Shown one piece after another: positions 25,277-40,100 of a DNA stretch of 64,000 nt; the stretch's first letter is position 1, and every line of letters starts with the position of its first letter. The notes under the pieces were generated by a model, which was not told the DNA's origin, ran no database searches, and was given only the letters and a program-made list of their open reading frames with translations. The position numbers were made by a program, and so were the translations under genes. This stretch comes from Paraspadella gotoi (lineage: Eukaryota; Animalia; Chaetognatha). The DNA is taken from NCBI GenBank assembly GCA_051294375.1, contig CM119268.1, forward strand, positions 15,563,103-15,627,102, in the 5' to 3' direction.

Positions 25277-28200
25277 TTATATGGAACGGTAGGAGGCCAT
25301 GAAGCTGTCCGGATTAAAGTTTGAGGATTTATTGCTGTTAGTGTTTCGACTGCGGGATCGATAGCGTGAAAACTATTTTGACTGACGCAAAGGTGAAGCT
25401 CGTTTTTAGAAGCGTATTTGTCGTCAAGCTTGTCGTTTTGATTTTCATTTTGATCATTTTCTTCAGTTGGTCGACGAAGCCGTTGAACAAACTATTCATT
25501 TCAAATAAATAATTGCAATAATGTTTCGCATAAATTCTATTCTATCTACATCACATTGTTAAAGTCAATTTATTTACGAACACATAAAAACGTCGGGGAT
25601 GTCTTTCGCGTTTTTGACAGAAAAATGAGAATTGCAAATTTTCTCTAACCTGAGTGGCAAACGTGTTGGAAGTGCTGCAACCGAAAGTTACTACTGTGTT
25701 CCAATTGGCATAGGATTGGCGCCTCTGCGCGTCTCTACGAATATCCCACCAATGACTTAAATGGCGTTTCACGGCCTAGTATTTAACGTGAAAAACAGTG
25801 ATTGACCGAAAGTGACTGAAATGGATTTATGCGACTTTACCTTCGAGAAAAAAAATTTACAAGATACTATTTACTATTCAAATGAATAAAGGGTTAAATA
25901 TGCAACCGATCCGAGCCTACTTACCTAGCTTTTTCAGTATTTTGAATTCGGGTGATTCACTCATATAGTTAAATAAAATTTAAAAAAAATTCCTAATCTT
26001 AGTAAGGAAAGTCTCAATTTTTCATATAATGTTGTAATGGTGAATGATTGATTCGGAAATTTCCTTTGTAAGGAAGAAGTAAAAACCAAAATATGAGATC
26101 GATGAATGACATCTTCAATTTCATCCTTGAGTCATTACGTTTAAATCCCCCGAAATTTTTGGTTTTCTTATGCATCCCTTCGTTTCGACAGTCTTTGTTT
26201 ACCTCATCTACTATTATCATTAATTCCTCCATTCGACAATCAGCTAATTCATTGACGTTTCAATTCTTTCACCTCTTTAGCTTCCTTGGTGACGAAGCAG
26301 AAGAAGAGAGAGACGAAAAAACCTTGAAGCGATTCTAATGCCGAATTGAAAATCCTGTAAGGTCAGGGTCGGAAAGAAAAAAGCTAAAGGTTCGCGACTG
26401 CAGGGATTGATTTTTGATTCTCAAAGTTGGGAAGCTGCATTTATCTATTGGCCACTAAACAGTGGTTAAATGTAATTTTGTGGGCTCCATCACAAGAGTA
26501 CCAATTTCGCACAACGGCATAACACTCACTTAAACGCGATCTCCCAATATTTGTCGTTTTTGGGGTGCGTCATGAAAATGACGTAGCTGAGACCGAAGAG
26601 GTGAAAGAGGAAGAAAACGGCCTTGAATGCTTTGCGATATTGCCTGCGGATCGAAGAAATGATTCATGACTTTTTAACGTCGCCTCCGCTGACACCCATT
26701 CTCGTTGTCATCGCCGAGTAGAAATCAGTCGGTATTTTTTATTAATTCGTTTTGTTAGTAAATGACCGAAAAATTCTGAAATTGTAATTTTAAATAATTT
26801 AATAATAATTTAATTTTTAACTTATTTCCTTTTTATTTAAAGGAACGCTTGATTTTTTTTCTTTCATCATCATTAGTGTTTTTTAAAAGAAATAACTTAT
26901 TTGTTGCTCATTGGCGTTGGCGTTCGTACTTCATAAAATAATGAGAAACACTCGTCGTGAACCGAAATGAAATCGGGACTTTCCTGCTTTCCCTTTTTTT
27001 CCCGCTTCATAAAAGTTGCCAACTTAAAAACAATATTGATATTTCACTTTACATTTTAACATTCTTTTTTGTTTTGTTCTAATAGTTCGTCTTAAACATT
27101 TCATCATTGACCTGTTCTGCGGGACGTTTTGATTTCTCAGTTTGGTGAAAAGCACGCAGAGGATTGAGAAAAGCAGAACAGAATTGACGAGGAGAACGAG
27201 GAGAATGGGAACGATGTAGAGGAGTTGGAAGACGCTGCGCTCCGTACAGAGAATCTCGGCGTTGGAGAGGCTTATGGCGTACCAGGCGCCGACAGGGATT
27301 ACGGGCAAACCCCATCCGACCACAGCCAGGACGGAGAAACTGTTAGAAGATGTTCACGAAGCTAAGTGGATTATTGTATTGATTAACCTTTACGTCAAAC
27401 CTGACATTGTCGACCCCGAAGGCGGAGACGACCATCAAGTAGAGATATATTCCTTCCACGAGCATCCAAAAAAATGGAGCTGTCATGAAATACTCGTAGA
27501 GAGAGTTGAGAGTCTTGCAGATTATCAACGATGGCCTTGGGAGTTTGGAGACGGGGTTTAAGATAAGTATCATAAGGAGAGGGCAATGAAAAATGTCCAA
27601 GGTGAATAAATTCAATATACAAAAAAATTGTTTGAAAAAATACAACAAAATATGATTTATTTTGCAGAGAAGTTAAGACGAAAACTACAATGTAGCCTCG
27701 ATAGCCTCGATTTGCCGCAACGATTGTAATTGTATCAACTTTATCACTTTGTATGAATTACTTTTCGAGAAAGATTAGGCAGTCAAAAGACGTGCGGAAA
27801 AAAGTTAGTTTTCATGATGAATGGGATTTCTTTTCTCCATTATTCACTAACTCATTCACAAGACTCAGCTCCCGGAAACGTGAATTGATAAATCGTTAAA
27901 AATAGAGCGGGGAAAAAACCAGTGGCTACCCCAATGCATGTAAATCACGTGTATTTAATATATCTCTGATGATTAAATATTTTTTATCCATTTCTTCCCG
28001 TCTAATATATATAGATCATTATAAAAATATTACAAAATATTACTACATAATACTATATAAAATAAAAATATTAGTCGAAAAAAAAACACAGGAAAAATTA
28101 ACTTAGAATACTGAACTAATTATTCTGAATTAAAATTTTTATATTCAAGTTCAAAATTAAAATAAAAATAAAAAAAGAAGAAGAAATTAATAATCAGAAA

Positions 28201-31200
28201 TTAGCGAGTTCAAATTTTAATTTCAATTTTTCACCAACGGCTTTATCTCTACATAACATTAATGATATCTTTTTTCTTAAAGTTAACAACCGCCCCACGA
28301 CCCAAAGTTTCCATCCAGAGCTTACCCCTCGTTGAACCCGAAAAAGTTCCTGATGATGATTTGCAAGAAGGTGAAGTAGAGGATTCTCATTAGAATGGCA
28401 AGGATTAAGTGGGCGTGGATCTTGTTGCGCGTGCAACGAAGAGACCGGAAGTAGGAGAAGATGAACAACGCTGGACGGAGAGAGAGAGAGAGAGAGAGCG
28501 AGAGGGAGTCAGAAAAACTATTTGGTGACACCTGCGTCTCTTTTTCGGGGAGATTTTCAAGTGGTTAAAAACCTAAATTGCGTGAAAATTTTTTTCTCCC
28601 TTTCTCAATTGAAAAAAACAATTTTCAAAGCTGAGAAAATTCACAGTTGGGTTCTTTTCCAATGATTAATAACACTTAAGGTACATGTCGCTCCCTGGTG
28701 AAAATTAATTACGGTATTCTTGACGAAAAAATTTGCGCTTAGGTAGTCATGAAATCGTACAACCAATATAAAAATTATCCATTCATTAAATAAATAAGCT
28801 ATCTTGCTCCTGACTTTGGGCAGGCTTTGGTGGTTTAAAGCCGCCATCACTCTTACCAGATAATGACATAGCAGGACCCTGCAAGGTTTTAATCAAGACT
28901 CAATCACAGTCTTGTTTATTTATATCTATATAAACATTTTACAACCAATATAAAAATTATCCATTCATTTAATAAATAAGCTATCTTGCCTCTGACTTTG
29001 GTGGTTTAAGGCCTCATTCACTCTTACAAGATAACAACATAGCAGGACATTGCAAGCTTTCAATCAAGACTCTCACAGAGTACCTGGCTTCTCTATCAAT
29101 GAAGTGGTAAAATATTCATTTGTATGAAAAGACCACTCCCTTGAGTGGAATTTATAATAATATTTTGCTTGCACCCTTTCACCAAGCAGTGAGTGACCTC
29201 TTACCTAAGCAGCAAGAGACCCCCGATAAAGAATTTCCGAAGAAGTAAATTTGATCAGAAAAGTCGATTCGTGACGAAATCGTATCCTCGACGCCTGCCA
29301 AAAAGGAAACAAAGATGATAAAGATGAAGATGACAAAAGAGCAAGGATGTCAAAAGATAATGCTGACAAAAAGAACATCAAAGATGATAAAGGTGAATTG
29401 AAAACCAATGGCGCCAAAAGATGACCAAAAACAAAAGAGGATAATTAGAAAAGATGACAAAAAAACCAAAGATGATGGAAGATAAAGATGGCAAAGGAGA
29501 AACCAAAAATGTTAAAAGACAAAGATGACTTAAAGAAACCAAGTTAAAGGCGAGAAAAGAGAAAGATGCAAAACCTACGCAAAAGCAGAAATAAAAAAAT
29601 GAGGGGAATCAGTAATTAGTAAAGAGAAGATAATAAAGGATGAGGAAATAAAGAAAGAAAAAAGGAAGAAAAAAGAGACACAATGGCGAAAAAAAGAAAA
29701 TGAAGCGTTTGATTAACTATCTTTCTCTCTCTCTCTCTCTCTCTTTTTCGCCTGTTTTCACCCCTCCCTATATTTTTTTTGGTTTCTCTCTCTCTCTCGG
29801 TCTCTTCCTCTCACCGTGATGGCAGTTGATGTAAGACGCGTTCGAATCCCAAGTTCCGTTTTCAAAACAAAGACGAGTGACATTCTTAAAAGGAAACAAA
29901 CGATGCAAACAAATAATTAAAGCCAAAAGTTGACGTCCATCGACTTTGAGTTGTATTCATGGAGTAGAACACAAACATCGCTTAAAACTCAAAAACGGTC
30001 GCGACAATATCTGTTAGAAACGAATTCAAAAAGTACTAGGAAGTTTGAATCATTAAGTTATAATTCGCCCAAAAAAATGGGGAAAGAAGGTGATTTTCTC
30101 CGTTTAAGAAAAAATGTATTAGGAAAAAATGAGACGTAAAAGCGTCCTATCAGAAGAAGCATTACGTATTGAACAAATTTACGTGTTCTTAAGTATATAG
30201 TTAAGTAAATATTAAAGGTAAGAAATCCGTTGTTGTATTGTCGAGGAAATTAAAGGCGGAGTTAAGAGCGTCCAGAACCTATTTGCATTTCTTGTTATCT
30301 CAGTCGTCAGCGTCGTAAGTCGTTTCCTTGGAGATTAAGAGAAAAGTGACTCTTTCAGAGTTAAAAGAAAGGGTCACCGGTTTTTTTTTCTATTGTCAGG
30401 TTTCGAACCCATTCAACTAGTAAAACCCTTACCCGACCTCACCTTTTCCGCAACAAACCGGAAATGGTCTTCGTCGACAAGATTCCTCGTCGCCAGGTTC
30501 GCCCAGAGTCGTTCGCAAGTGATACTGGCGCGGTGCCCGGCCAGAGTGGCCGGCCAAACTACGCAAAGGGGGTCCTAAGTATGAGAAAAGAAAAGAATAA
30601 GTAGCCCCATGCCAAAGCAAGCCACAGGAGTTGAAACGCTCCTTGTAATCCAAGTAAATGGCTCCCTACGTATATTGTCGAAACTTTTCTGTTTGCGTGA
30701 TAATCGTCCTCGTCATTCTCATACTGGCTAACCTGGCTAACCCCCGGGTCCCTTGGTCGATGTCACCCCCTTTTTATTTTCTCTTGTTTGCTCGTAAACT
30801 ACGGTGCCCGACCCTTCGCTCGTTACGCCTTTTCCTTTGCCCGTCACTTATTTCTTTTAGGGAGAGACGTGGGAAAAAAGATAGGAAAATATTATCTTTT
30901 AAAAGAGAAGAAAAAGAAATATGAAAAATGTTTGGATAAAAAGAAAGAATAATTTAAAAGTTATTTGTGTCATTTTCTTGTGGTGTTTTTTTGAGTAACT
31001 CTCTAATAAGGCGTAGTAAAAATTATAAATTAAACTTTCATTAAAATTCTAAAAGTAAGGAACGAACAAAATTATACTAATAAATATTTATGTATAAAAA
31101 AATTTTATAATAAATTTTAAAATTTATGCAGTAGGCCATATTTATACTAGTACTAATCAAATAAAAGTTAAAATTTCAAAACAGTTTTTTAAAAGTTTTT

Positions 31201-33274
31201 TTGCAGATTTGGATTTGTCATAAAAAGTCGATAAAAAGAAATATAACTCTTTTTGAAAAATTCCTTCATTAAGTGGGTCAAAAATTAGAAAATGCTATAT
31301 TTTAAGCTGAAAATTAATTTTTATATATTAAAATATAGTTTTTTTAATTTTTAACCCACTTAATGAAATAATTTTTAAAAATAATTAATATTTTCTTTTA
31401 TAAACTTTTGACGAGGAATTGAAATCTGCAATCAAAAATTAAGAAAAGCATATTTTGAAATTTTTTGATTTTTGATTATATACAAATATAGCCTACTGCA
31501 AAAATTAAAAAACATAAAATTAATTTTTTTTACAAATTAATGTTCACTGATGGTATGTTGTTCATAATTTACTTTTAGAATTTCTGTACATAACTTTCAC
31601 TACGCCTTACTCTCTAATGTGGACGTATTTCTAGATGATCACCGGACTGCACAAGTATGAAACCTTTTTCCAAGTACTATTAACTAAAATTACTGGAGTT
31701 ATTGACATTCAAAACTTAAGTGTGACAGACAGAAAGACAGAAAGACAGACCGACCTCTTAACTGAGCGACACCAACGTCTCCACTCTTGAGACGCAACTT
31801 AAATAGGCATTTAATCGAGGAAAGGGAAAACAGACGAGAAGAAAGTGGAAAGAACGATTTGGCATGTTTAGAGAATATGTCGGGGATAGATGAGAAAGTA
31901 AGAAAAAATAAAGAAAGAAAATAAAAGAAATAAAGAAAAAAAAAGAAAGAAAAAAGAAAAAAAGAAAGAAAAAAAGAAAGAAAGAATGACGAGAAACAGA
32001 GAGAGAGAAAGAGGGCGAGAGTGAGAAGACAGAAATAAGCTCAGGTGCGAGTTCTCTTCCCATATAAAAACCGATTTACGAGGAAGAGACATGGGCAATA
32101 GAGTGGAGCACTCAAGAACAAAAAAATTACTTGAATGATCGAACAAGGATATTTAGGTGTGAGATAGTATGATAAACTAGTACAAAAAATATTTTGTTCT
32201 CGGGAACAGTATAGTAAAATATAATATATTTGTAATAATATTCTTATAAAATAATAAATTTTTAAAATAATTTCTTTAAAACTTTTAATAAAGATTCAGA
32301 TTCTTCATAAAAAGTTGAATCAAAAATATAAAACATGTTATCAAAAATTCTGTCATCTTCAGCTTTTAAAACGGGAAACAAGGTGAAAATTCATGACTTT
32401 TTTATTCTCTGTAGTATAAACTTATATATGTTAAGACGTTTTAATCATTTTTTGTTATCCAAACATTAAAATATCATATAACATATTTTATCAAATCTTT
32501 TTAATTTTTTATGGCGAATCCAAATCTGTTTTTAAAAATAAAATAAAATTATTTTGAAATTTAACGATTTTACAAGGATATTACTACATAAATAATTGAA
32601 TTTACTATACTGTTATGCTAAAAAGATTTTTAAAAGGATTTAAAATTCATTAATTACATATCAATAGGCAGCAAAAAAATAATGTTCAATCACTCAATCT
32701 TTTCATCGCTCCACCCTAATGGGCAATCAGTCTCCTCATTTCGATTTTGGGTTCGGAGGCGGTAAATTATTACTGTTTTTGTTCCATTTAATAATGGAAT
32801 AAATATATAATTAATTGTATTTTAATATTTCTCATATTTTTAGTTGCGCCGCGAGTACTAAGTGATGTTTCGGGTAATATTTGGTTGTTTTATTTGAGGC
32901 TTGACGTTCGTTACACATATATTTCATAGTTATGTGGTCACGTGATCACCCGGAAATACATGTGATAAGATAGCCATTTGGACTCAACACATTGCAATTA
33001 ACGTTCTTGTTCTTTCATTCTAAAACCTCATGTACCAGCTTTGACAGTTTTCCTGTCTTTTCTTCTCATATAATCATATATAATCATATAGTTCTAAACG
33101 TACTTAGCCGTCGTTTATTCGTCGGGACAAATCTATCACGACTCTTGATCGAAAATGACGACAATAAATATCGATCGGCCGTTAAGAATGAAAAAAAAAA
33201 ACCAAACATTAAAAACAACTACTGATTACATTTACAGCTGAAGATTCAGCAGAAAAGTAGAACAAAGTCGAAAA

Positions 33275-33331
<57 letters not shown>

Positions 33332-33608
33332 TTAATAATAATAATAATATAATAATAACAAGAAAAGCACTAAGCTCGATCCATTATCCTCTTTCGATCC
33401 GGATTGACCTCTTACCTGATAATCCGGGCAAAACCACGAAGCCTCAACCTCGGTCGTCCAGGGGGGATCGGGCACTTCGTGGGGCGGGCAAGGGTCACCG
33501 GGCAGGGAAGACCAGTTGAGCCAGGCCTTGGCAGGGTGGGAGTAAGCTTGGCGGCTCAACTCCGTTTCGTCAGTGACGTTTGTGGGCATATCGAGCTTGT
33601 AAGATATC
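25277..33608 (-). CDS. Class B (secretin family) GPCR, CRF/DH44-receptor-like; 10 exons traced, start exon not established
   Basis: Hormone-binding domain WFCPDYQDPLCVVWPATLAG..ITC..NVTRLCFENGTWDSNASYINC; ALFIFSYFRSLRCTRNKIH; FFWMLVEGIYL; VGWGLP; RQYRKAFKA; FNSALESLQGFFVSLFFCF. All junctions are in phase; stop TAA at 25277-25279. Confidence 0.9.
28759..29075 (+). repeat. Two tandem copies of a ~180-bp unit, with an inverted relative near 50640-50780
   Basis: acaaccaatataaaaattatccattcatt...aataagctatcttgc...aatcaagactc occurs twice; the reverse complement gcaagatagcttatttatttaaaggataattttta is at about 50730. Confidence 0.8.
31007..31609. mobile_element. hAT-type MITE family A, intact copy (603 bp)
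   Basis: Perfect 11-bp TIR taaggcgtagt/actacgcctta and 8-bp TSD ctctctaa (30999-31006, 31610-31617); the body is quasi-palindromic. Confidence 0.92.
32205..32614. mobile_element. Degenerate MITE-like inverted repeat element
   Basis: Inverted pair aacagtatagtaaa / tttactatactgtt; shares cataaaaagttga and gaatccaaatctg motifs with family A. Confidence 0.45.
33277..33358 (+). repeat. (AAT)n microsatellite
   Basis: Directly visible. Confidence 0.95.
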
Positions 33609-33669
33609 TGCAGGAAACGGGGCGAGTTGGGGAGTAAAGGGTTAGAGAGAGAGAGAGANNNNNNNNNNN

Positions 33670-33702
<33 letters not shown>

Positions 33703-36700
33703 TTAAAAATTGAAAAAAAAGTTGACTTTTTTCAAAAGTCTTTTAAAAAATTCAACGACCCGATTTTCGTCCACAAGCAGATTAAAAAAAAATGTCAAAA
33801 AGCACAAAAAACATCGAAAAAACTCCAAAAACTTCACTAGTGAGTGAGTGACGTTTAACGAAAGACTGAACGACGTTTTCTGATCGTATGTTGCAAGTGC
33901 GCTCATACGTGTGACAGTTTGGCACGCACGAAAAAAAAAGTATTTTGGAACTAATCATCTTGACAGAGGACGATAACCCAGTAGGAGTCGTGTGAAGGAA
34001 CTTTTAAGATTCTTCGCAAAACAAAGTCGGCCATAGNNNNNNNNNNTTTTTTCGGAGGAATAAAAAAGAAAATGAAAAGAAAATAAAAAAAGTCGTGTTG
34101 CGAAATATTTGGCATGGAAACAAACTCTCACTTCGTTCCTGATTTAATCAATGAAACTCTATTTCCGATTTTGATTAATTATAATTAATAATCGTTGATA
34201 TTAATTTGTATTAACTTTTCTCTTTTTCATACAGATCACGTGATATAATAATCGATTAGCTTGTGTCGGGTTTTTTTGTTATATTATTATCAAGATCCTT
34301 ACCATTATCATTTTCATTTGATTCGTGATGCCTTTGGTCGTCTTTAGCTTTTGCCGCAGAACTTCATCAGAAATTAATCAGAACTCCAGTTTCCACTGAA
34401 CTTACCAAAGCTGTGCCATGCTGAATCGAGGTGACCTCTACAATAAATTCAGCTCATCAGTCGGATTCGAATCACGTACTTAACAATTCCGTCTTTTCGG
34501 TTGAACCAATCGAAATATATCAAGCTTCGAGGATTAATTTTAAACTTTTTTTCGCTCATAAATATTTTAATACTTTCGGCATGGCGCGCATATCAATTGC
34601 TTCCCTATCCATTTCGTTTAATTTTTTTAGGGAGCGGAGACATAGAAACAAGATACGATTTACTCTATATTATTAAAACAATACAATTTGAATTCACTTG
34701 TTATCATAATGTTATTTTAATAAAATCTCTCTGGGAACAATTTACGCGAATTTGTAGAATTTTAAATTGAAAATAATACTGAAAAAATACACTTAAGTAG
34801 AATTTGTTTTTTCTTTGCCATTTTTATTCTTGAAAATTACGTTGATAACGATATCAAAGACAACAACGTTGACTGCGATGTTGACACCGGCAGTCATAGC
34901 TTAAATAGGATATAAGAAAAATTCAGTTTAAAATGAATTAATGATAATTTTTTTATGTGACTTTTCAACTCGACTTTATGGGCTGAAAAGAAATTTTGAA
35001 TTTTAAGACGGCTAATTTAACAAACGGCATTTTAATAAGAATATTTAAAACTCAAGGTATTTTAAATCTTCATGCCACGTTAGATTCCCCGAAGTCGGAA
35101 GACCCTAGTCATTCAAACAACTTAGCAAGCAACCGCCACATTCAGTTCACAAAATTATTACCAAAATTATGACATTTGACGAGGATGACGAATGCAATTG
35201 AATTACTTTTAACAATGGCGTTTTAAAGAAACGTTGATTGCCACGTTTGTCCGCAAAAAGTCTCTTTTTTTTTCCAGCGCAGCCTTCGCGGGAAAAAAAA
35301 ATGCGACGCGTGATTGCGACGCGTTAAAAAAAAAAAAGAGATAGAAAAGAAGAAAGAGAAGAAAAGGGAAAAAGGGAGAAACGGCGCGCGGAAGAGTCGC
35401 CTTCGACGCTCAAAAGAATAAAATGGAGGAAAAAATTTTTTTGTCGAATTTGATTTTTGATTTGGGAAATTCGAGATTACGGAAGCCGTATTATTCGGTA
35501 TAGAGCGGCTTTGATTCGGAACATTAAATAATTCTCACGATTTAATAAAAAGAACTGAAGGAGATGAAATGCATGGAAGATGGTACTAAAAATCCTGGGC
35601 GGACTCGTTAATCGACGTGGTTCTCTTGGGGCTCAATCGTCTCGAGATGGAAAAGAATTAGCACTGATGCCGTGGTTTTCCAGACCTTTTTCTGCGCGAT
35701 GAAAGTGAAAAGAGATAAAAAGCTATATATAATATACACAAAGGCGGAGAAAGATGAAAACTAATAGTTCTGTCATATAAATAATGTATCCCTGGGAGAT
35801 AACGAATTTGAGAGAAAAATTTTAGATTTTAAGTATAGTTAATATAATAACATAGATGCATTACTATAAATTACTATTACTATAAATCATAAAAAAAATA
35901 TTTTTCAAATTTTTAATTTTTAAAAACGGATTCTGGTAGAGCTTGAAAAAATAAATAAAAAATAATATTACAAGATTTCCAAATATAGATGTTTTATCGG
36001 TGAAAATTAGTAAAAGCTATAATAATTATGGTATGATGATGATGATGATGATGATGGTTTTTAAGAGTTTTTCCCTTATTTATCCTAGTTACCATCGAAA
36101 TATTGAAAAACGAATAATACTTTGTGTAGACAACTTTTTATGGGCTATCTGAATCCGTTCTTAAAAAATAAAATTTTCCCCCAAAATAGATTAATTCTGT
36201 AATATAAATGAATTTTGTATTACAGAACTCCTAATGATAAAAAAGTGATAAATTTTGGCCCGCATTTTAATACATGATAAGATGATTCCTCACAGGATTT
36301 ATAATTAGAGGGGAATGATAAATTGGACATTCAGGACGGTAAAAGGTTCATGCATCGTCAACCACCAGATGAGCTCTTATTCTCCACTTTGTAATTACTG
36401 AGTGGATTACCTCCGCTTCTCAATTGCACGGGCGCCAGACGGATAATCCCTTTTTTCTCATAATTTTCAATCGGGTTCTTTTTCTATTCATTGGTAGACG
36501 GTTAGTTTTTCAGCAAAGTTTTTCACCATAATAATGTAGTTTTCTTTTTTTAACAACACTCTCTCTAGATTAAGGGTTCTCTTCGACACCAAATATTTCC
36601 TTAAGAAATTTGTTATACGGATGATCACTGAAATACCTTTTTTTTAATGAGCTTACGAGAGAGAAACTTAAATAATCCATCTGGTATCTGGCCACGACTG

Positions 36701-37184
36701 TTTGTACTCTTTTTCACTACTCCATAGTAATATAACTTTCTTAACATAGCTCCAGAGTTCGCTCACCGACGGGCAATACTCCAAAAACAAAGTAACAATC
36801 CTCCCTCCCCCGCGGTCATTCATGCGCGAAGCGGCGTCGTAGTTCCATTGCAGTCATGTAACGTTCTTAATTTACATCCGGCTCTTCCTCTGGTAATCCG
36901 TACTTCGTAGTTCCACCAAGGTGCAGTTTCCGTTTTCGGCTTTGCAAGAAAAAGGTTTCAGGCGCCAAAAACGCTCTCGTGAGAGACAGAGAGGATAAGA
37001 ACGACAGAGAAGGAGAGAAACAGCTGGTACTGAACAGCCCTGCGTTACGTCGTTACCGATATTCTCGTTGGTAAAGCCGGGGACCCCGGGAAGCTCGGCA
37101 CTATTTTCCCCGTAAAAAAAAAAAATTCCATCTGTCTCGAGACACCAAGAGAGAAACCGTGCGCGTCGCTGAATCAGCACTAAG

Positions 37185-40100
37185 ATGAACGTAATGAACG
37201 GACTGGACGACGTCAACCCCTTTGCAGACCCGGCCGTATTGCAAGCGTCGGGGGGACAGCGATACTCATCAAACGACGGTGAGAGGTTTTTGGCATTTTT
37301 CAACTTGATGCAATGCGATTGACGTGATAAGCGTTTCTTTCATTTTCGATCGTTGTTTGATTTGATATGACATGATCGGCTTTTTTCGAAGTCGAATTCT
37401 TATTTCGAGTTCGTTTTAAGAAAAAATAGTTTAGATTACTATTAGTATTATGAATGGGATTTTACAGATATATTATTAATAAAAAAATATTAAATAAATA
37501 TTAATTAAATAAATATTAAATAAATAAATAAATTAAAAGTAATTGCTCAGCTCCTTTCCCTCGGCTTTTCCGCAGGTGCTCCATCGGCCTTGGATGATTA
37601 CAACCCATTCGATCACACTATGGGTGAGTTACGAACTATACACTCATAATTAGGTCGAATTTCGATATCTATCTCTCTTTTATTATTTTTCAAGGTCCAG
37701 CCGCGACGCTTCCGTCCAGCGGATCGCTCGGCGCGGCGCGCCCACTTCCTGGCGACGTTGGTGGCGGCGTCTTCGGTGGTTCCACTGGGGCGTTGCCCAG
37801 CGGGAACGGAATGACTTCGGGAATGGGCAGCGGGAGGGGCTACGGGTCATTCACCAACATCAACACCGCTTCCACTTCTTCGCCTTCCGCGCAGGTTCGT
37901 TATTTGCTTTTTGATTTTAATAACTTTTTTTTTTCATCCTCTACTTTCATTTGCCACGCCCATAACGTCTTTCTATTCATTCTTCACTGAAATTCACAAT
38001 TTCAACAACACCTCTTTCACGCAGACCCCGCCCCCTTATTCCGCCTCCGGCGCCAGTTACGTCGGAGCCGGCGCCACCACAGACGACCTCAAGAGGCGAC
38101 AGGCGGAACTGGACCAAAAGGCTAACGAGCTGCAGCGGAGAGAAGAAGAGCTGCAGCGGCAGCAGCTGCTGCAAACTCAAGCGGGAAGAAGGTTAAAAAA
38201 ATAAGAGATCAAATCTTTTTATCAATTTAAAAGTAGCCTGTACTTGTTATTTTATTTATAGTGTAAAATATGTATATGTTGTACTCGCGTTGGCGCTTCT
38301 TTTCTTCCAGAGAGGAAAACTGGCCCCCCTTGCCCTCATGGTCGCCGATGAAGCCATGCTTCTACCAGGACATCGGCGTCGAGATTCCCGTCGAGTTCCA
38401 ACGGATCGTGACGATGGCCTACAGACTCTGGATGTATCACGTCCTCGTTCTTCTACTCAACTTTTTCGGTTAGTAGGGAGGAGGGAAGTAGCTTCACGGC
38501 ATAATTTCAAAATTAGGTCTTAAAATTCCTCGCGACCGTATAACAAAATGACCAACTGGGTTCAAAGTTTCAAACCCGAGGCAGCGAAACCGTCTTCACC
38601 ACAAATCTCAGATTTTATCCCGTGATCAACTTTTTCCCTCACTTCGGAAACATAATAAACAAATCGAATAGATTTTAACCTAATTTAAAAATCAAACGAT
38701 TGACCAAAAACAAAAATAATCCCACGACCCTAACCCCCTCTTCCCCCACATCCTTGTCCTTCTCAAGCTTCCCTCGCCTACTTCGTCGGCGACGGCTACG
38801 ACGGTAGCGGAGTCTTCGGCCTCTCGGTCCTCTTCCTCATCCTCTTCACTCCCTGCTCTTTTGTCTGCTGGTTTCGCCCTCTTTATAAGGTTGGCCCTTA
38901 CCCCCTCCAAAAGCCGAAACGTACCTTTTTTTTATTTGTCATAACGTTTCTACCCCAAGGCCTTTCGGACGGACTCTTCGATCAATTTCATGATCTTCTT
39001 CTTCGTTTTTGGCGTTCAAGCGGTGGCGTCTTGCCTGCAAACGATCGGTAGGCCTTGTAACATTATAAATGTTATGGAGCTCAATCATGCGGTTTGCTTA
39101 GTTTATTTAAATTTCGTGTTATTTTGATACTTCCGCGGTTTTTTTTTTCTGTCACGTGATCATTAATTTTTATTGCATACTGTCTTTCCTCCACTCCTTG
39201 ACATTAAATTATGATTATTAAGAAATTTCTATTATTTTTCAATTAGGCCTCGATTATTTCGGGACGGTCGGATTTATTAATTCGATTCGAATGCTTAGCG
39301 GAGGCAACATTGGTTCAGGTATTCTACAGCATTTTTATTTTAAGACACGGTAACCCCAACAATCTCCTGCTTTTCCCCTTCTCCACCCCTACCTCTAGGG
39401 GTGGTGATGATCCTTGTCGCCATCTGCTTCGCCGTCCAAGCGACCGGGGACGTAATCCTCTTCATTCGCGTCCACCGCCTCTATAGAACCAACTCTACCG
39501 CCTCCGTGCAGAAGGTGGGAATGCCTAGGACTCTTTGGAGACTGTAGCGTGTAGAATGTTGACGCGACGTCATAGAAAGTCGACATAGTGTGGCATGCAA
39601 TGAATTTGGGGCTCAAATGATTGCTGAGAATTTATTCGGTCTTTGTATACCAGATAAAAAAAAATGAAACTTTGCAGAATTAATAATTTATTCATGATGA
39701 AATAGCACAGAAATTAGAAGACTTTTGTCTTCCTGTAAGGTGCAAACATGAAATGAAAAAAAAATTGTGTCTATTAGGTTCACATAAGTTGGTTCACAGA
39801 ATTCTCTTCCCTCTCACTATTTTTGATCATATAAGTTTCTTCTTCTAAATTTCTATTGTCAGTTGGAAACTTCTGCCCCTTGTGGTGAAACTTTTTGTAG
39901 TAGAAAAATTAGCAATAATGTTGTCCCATATTGGATCAAGGCTTCCAGCATTTCTATTTATGACTTTATTATTTTTAAACTTTCTAAACATAATCTTCTC
40001 ATAAGTGAACAAAAATCTCTAAACATAATTTTATACTACCCCTCAGGGGGCAGAAGTAGTCAAGCCTTAAGACAAAGACGAAACAGGTTTCCAACTGACA

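Noticed and set aside
29310-29570. Degenerate aaagatga repeats as a coding exon
   Set aside because: Low-complexity intron sequence next to a GPCR acceptor; the flanking exons join in frame without it.
34360-34465. Additional CTGATGA hits (also near 6645, 18422, 51733, 63899) as hammerheads
   Set aside because: No stem II followed by GAAA.
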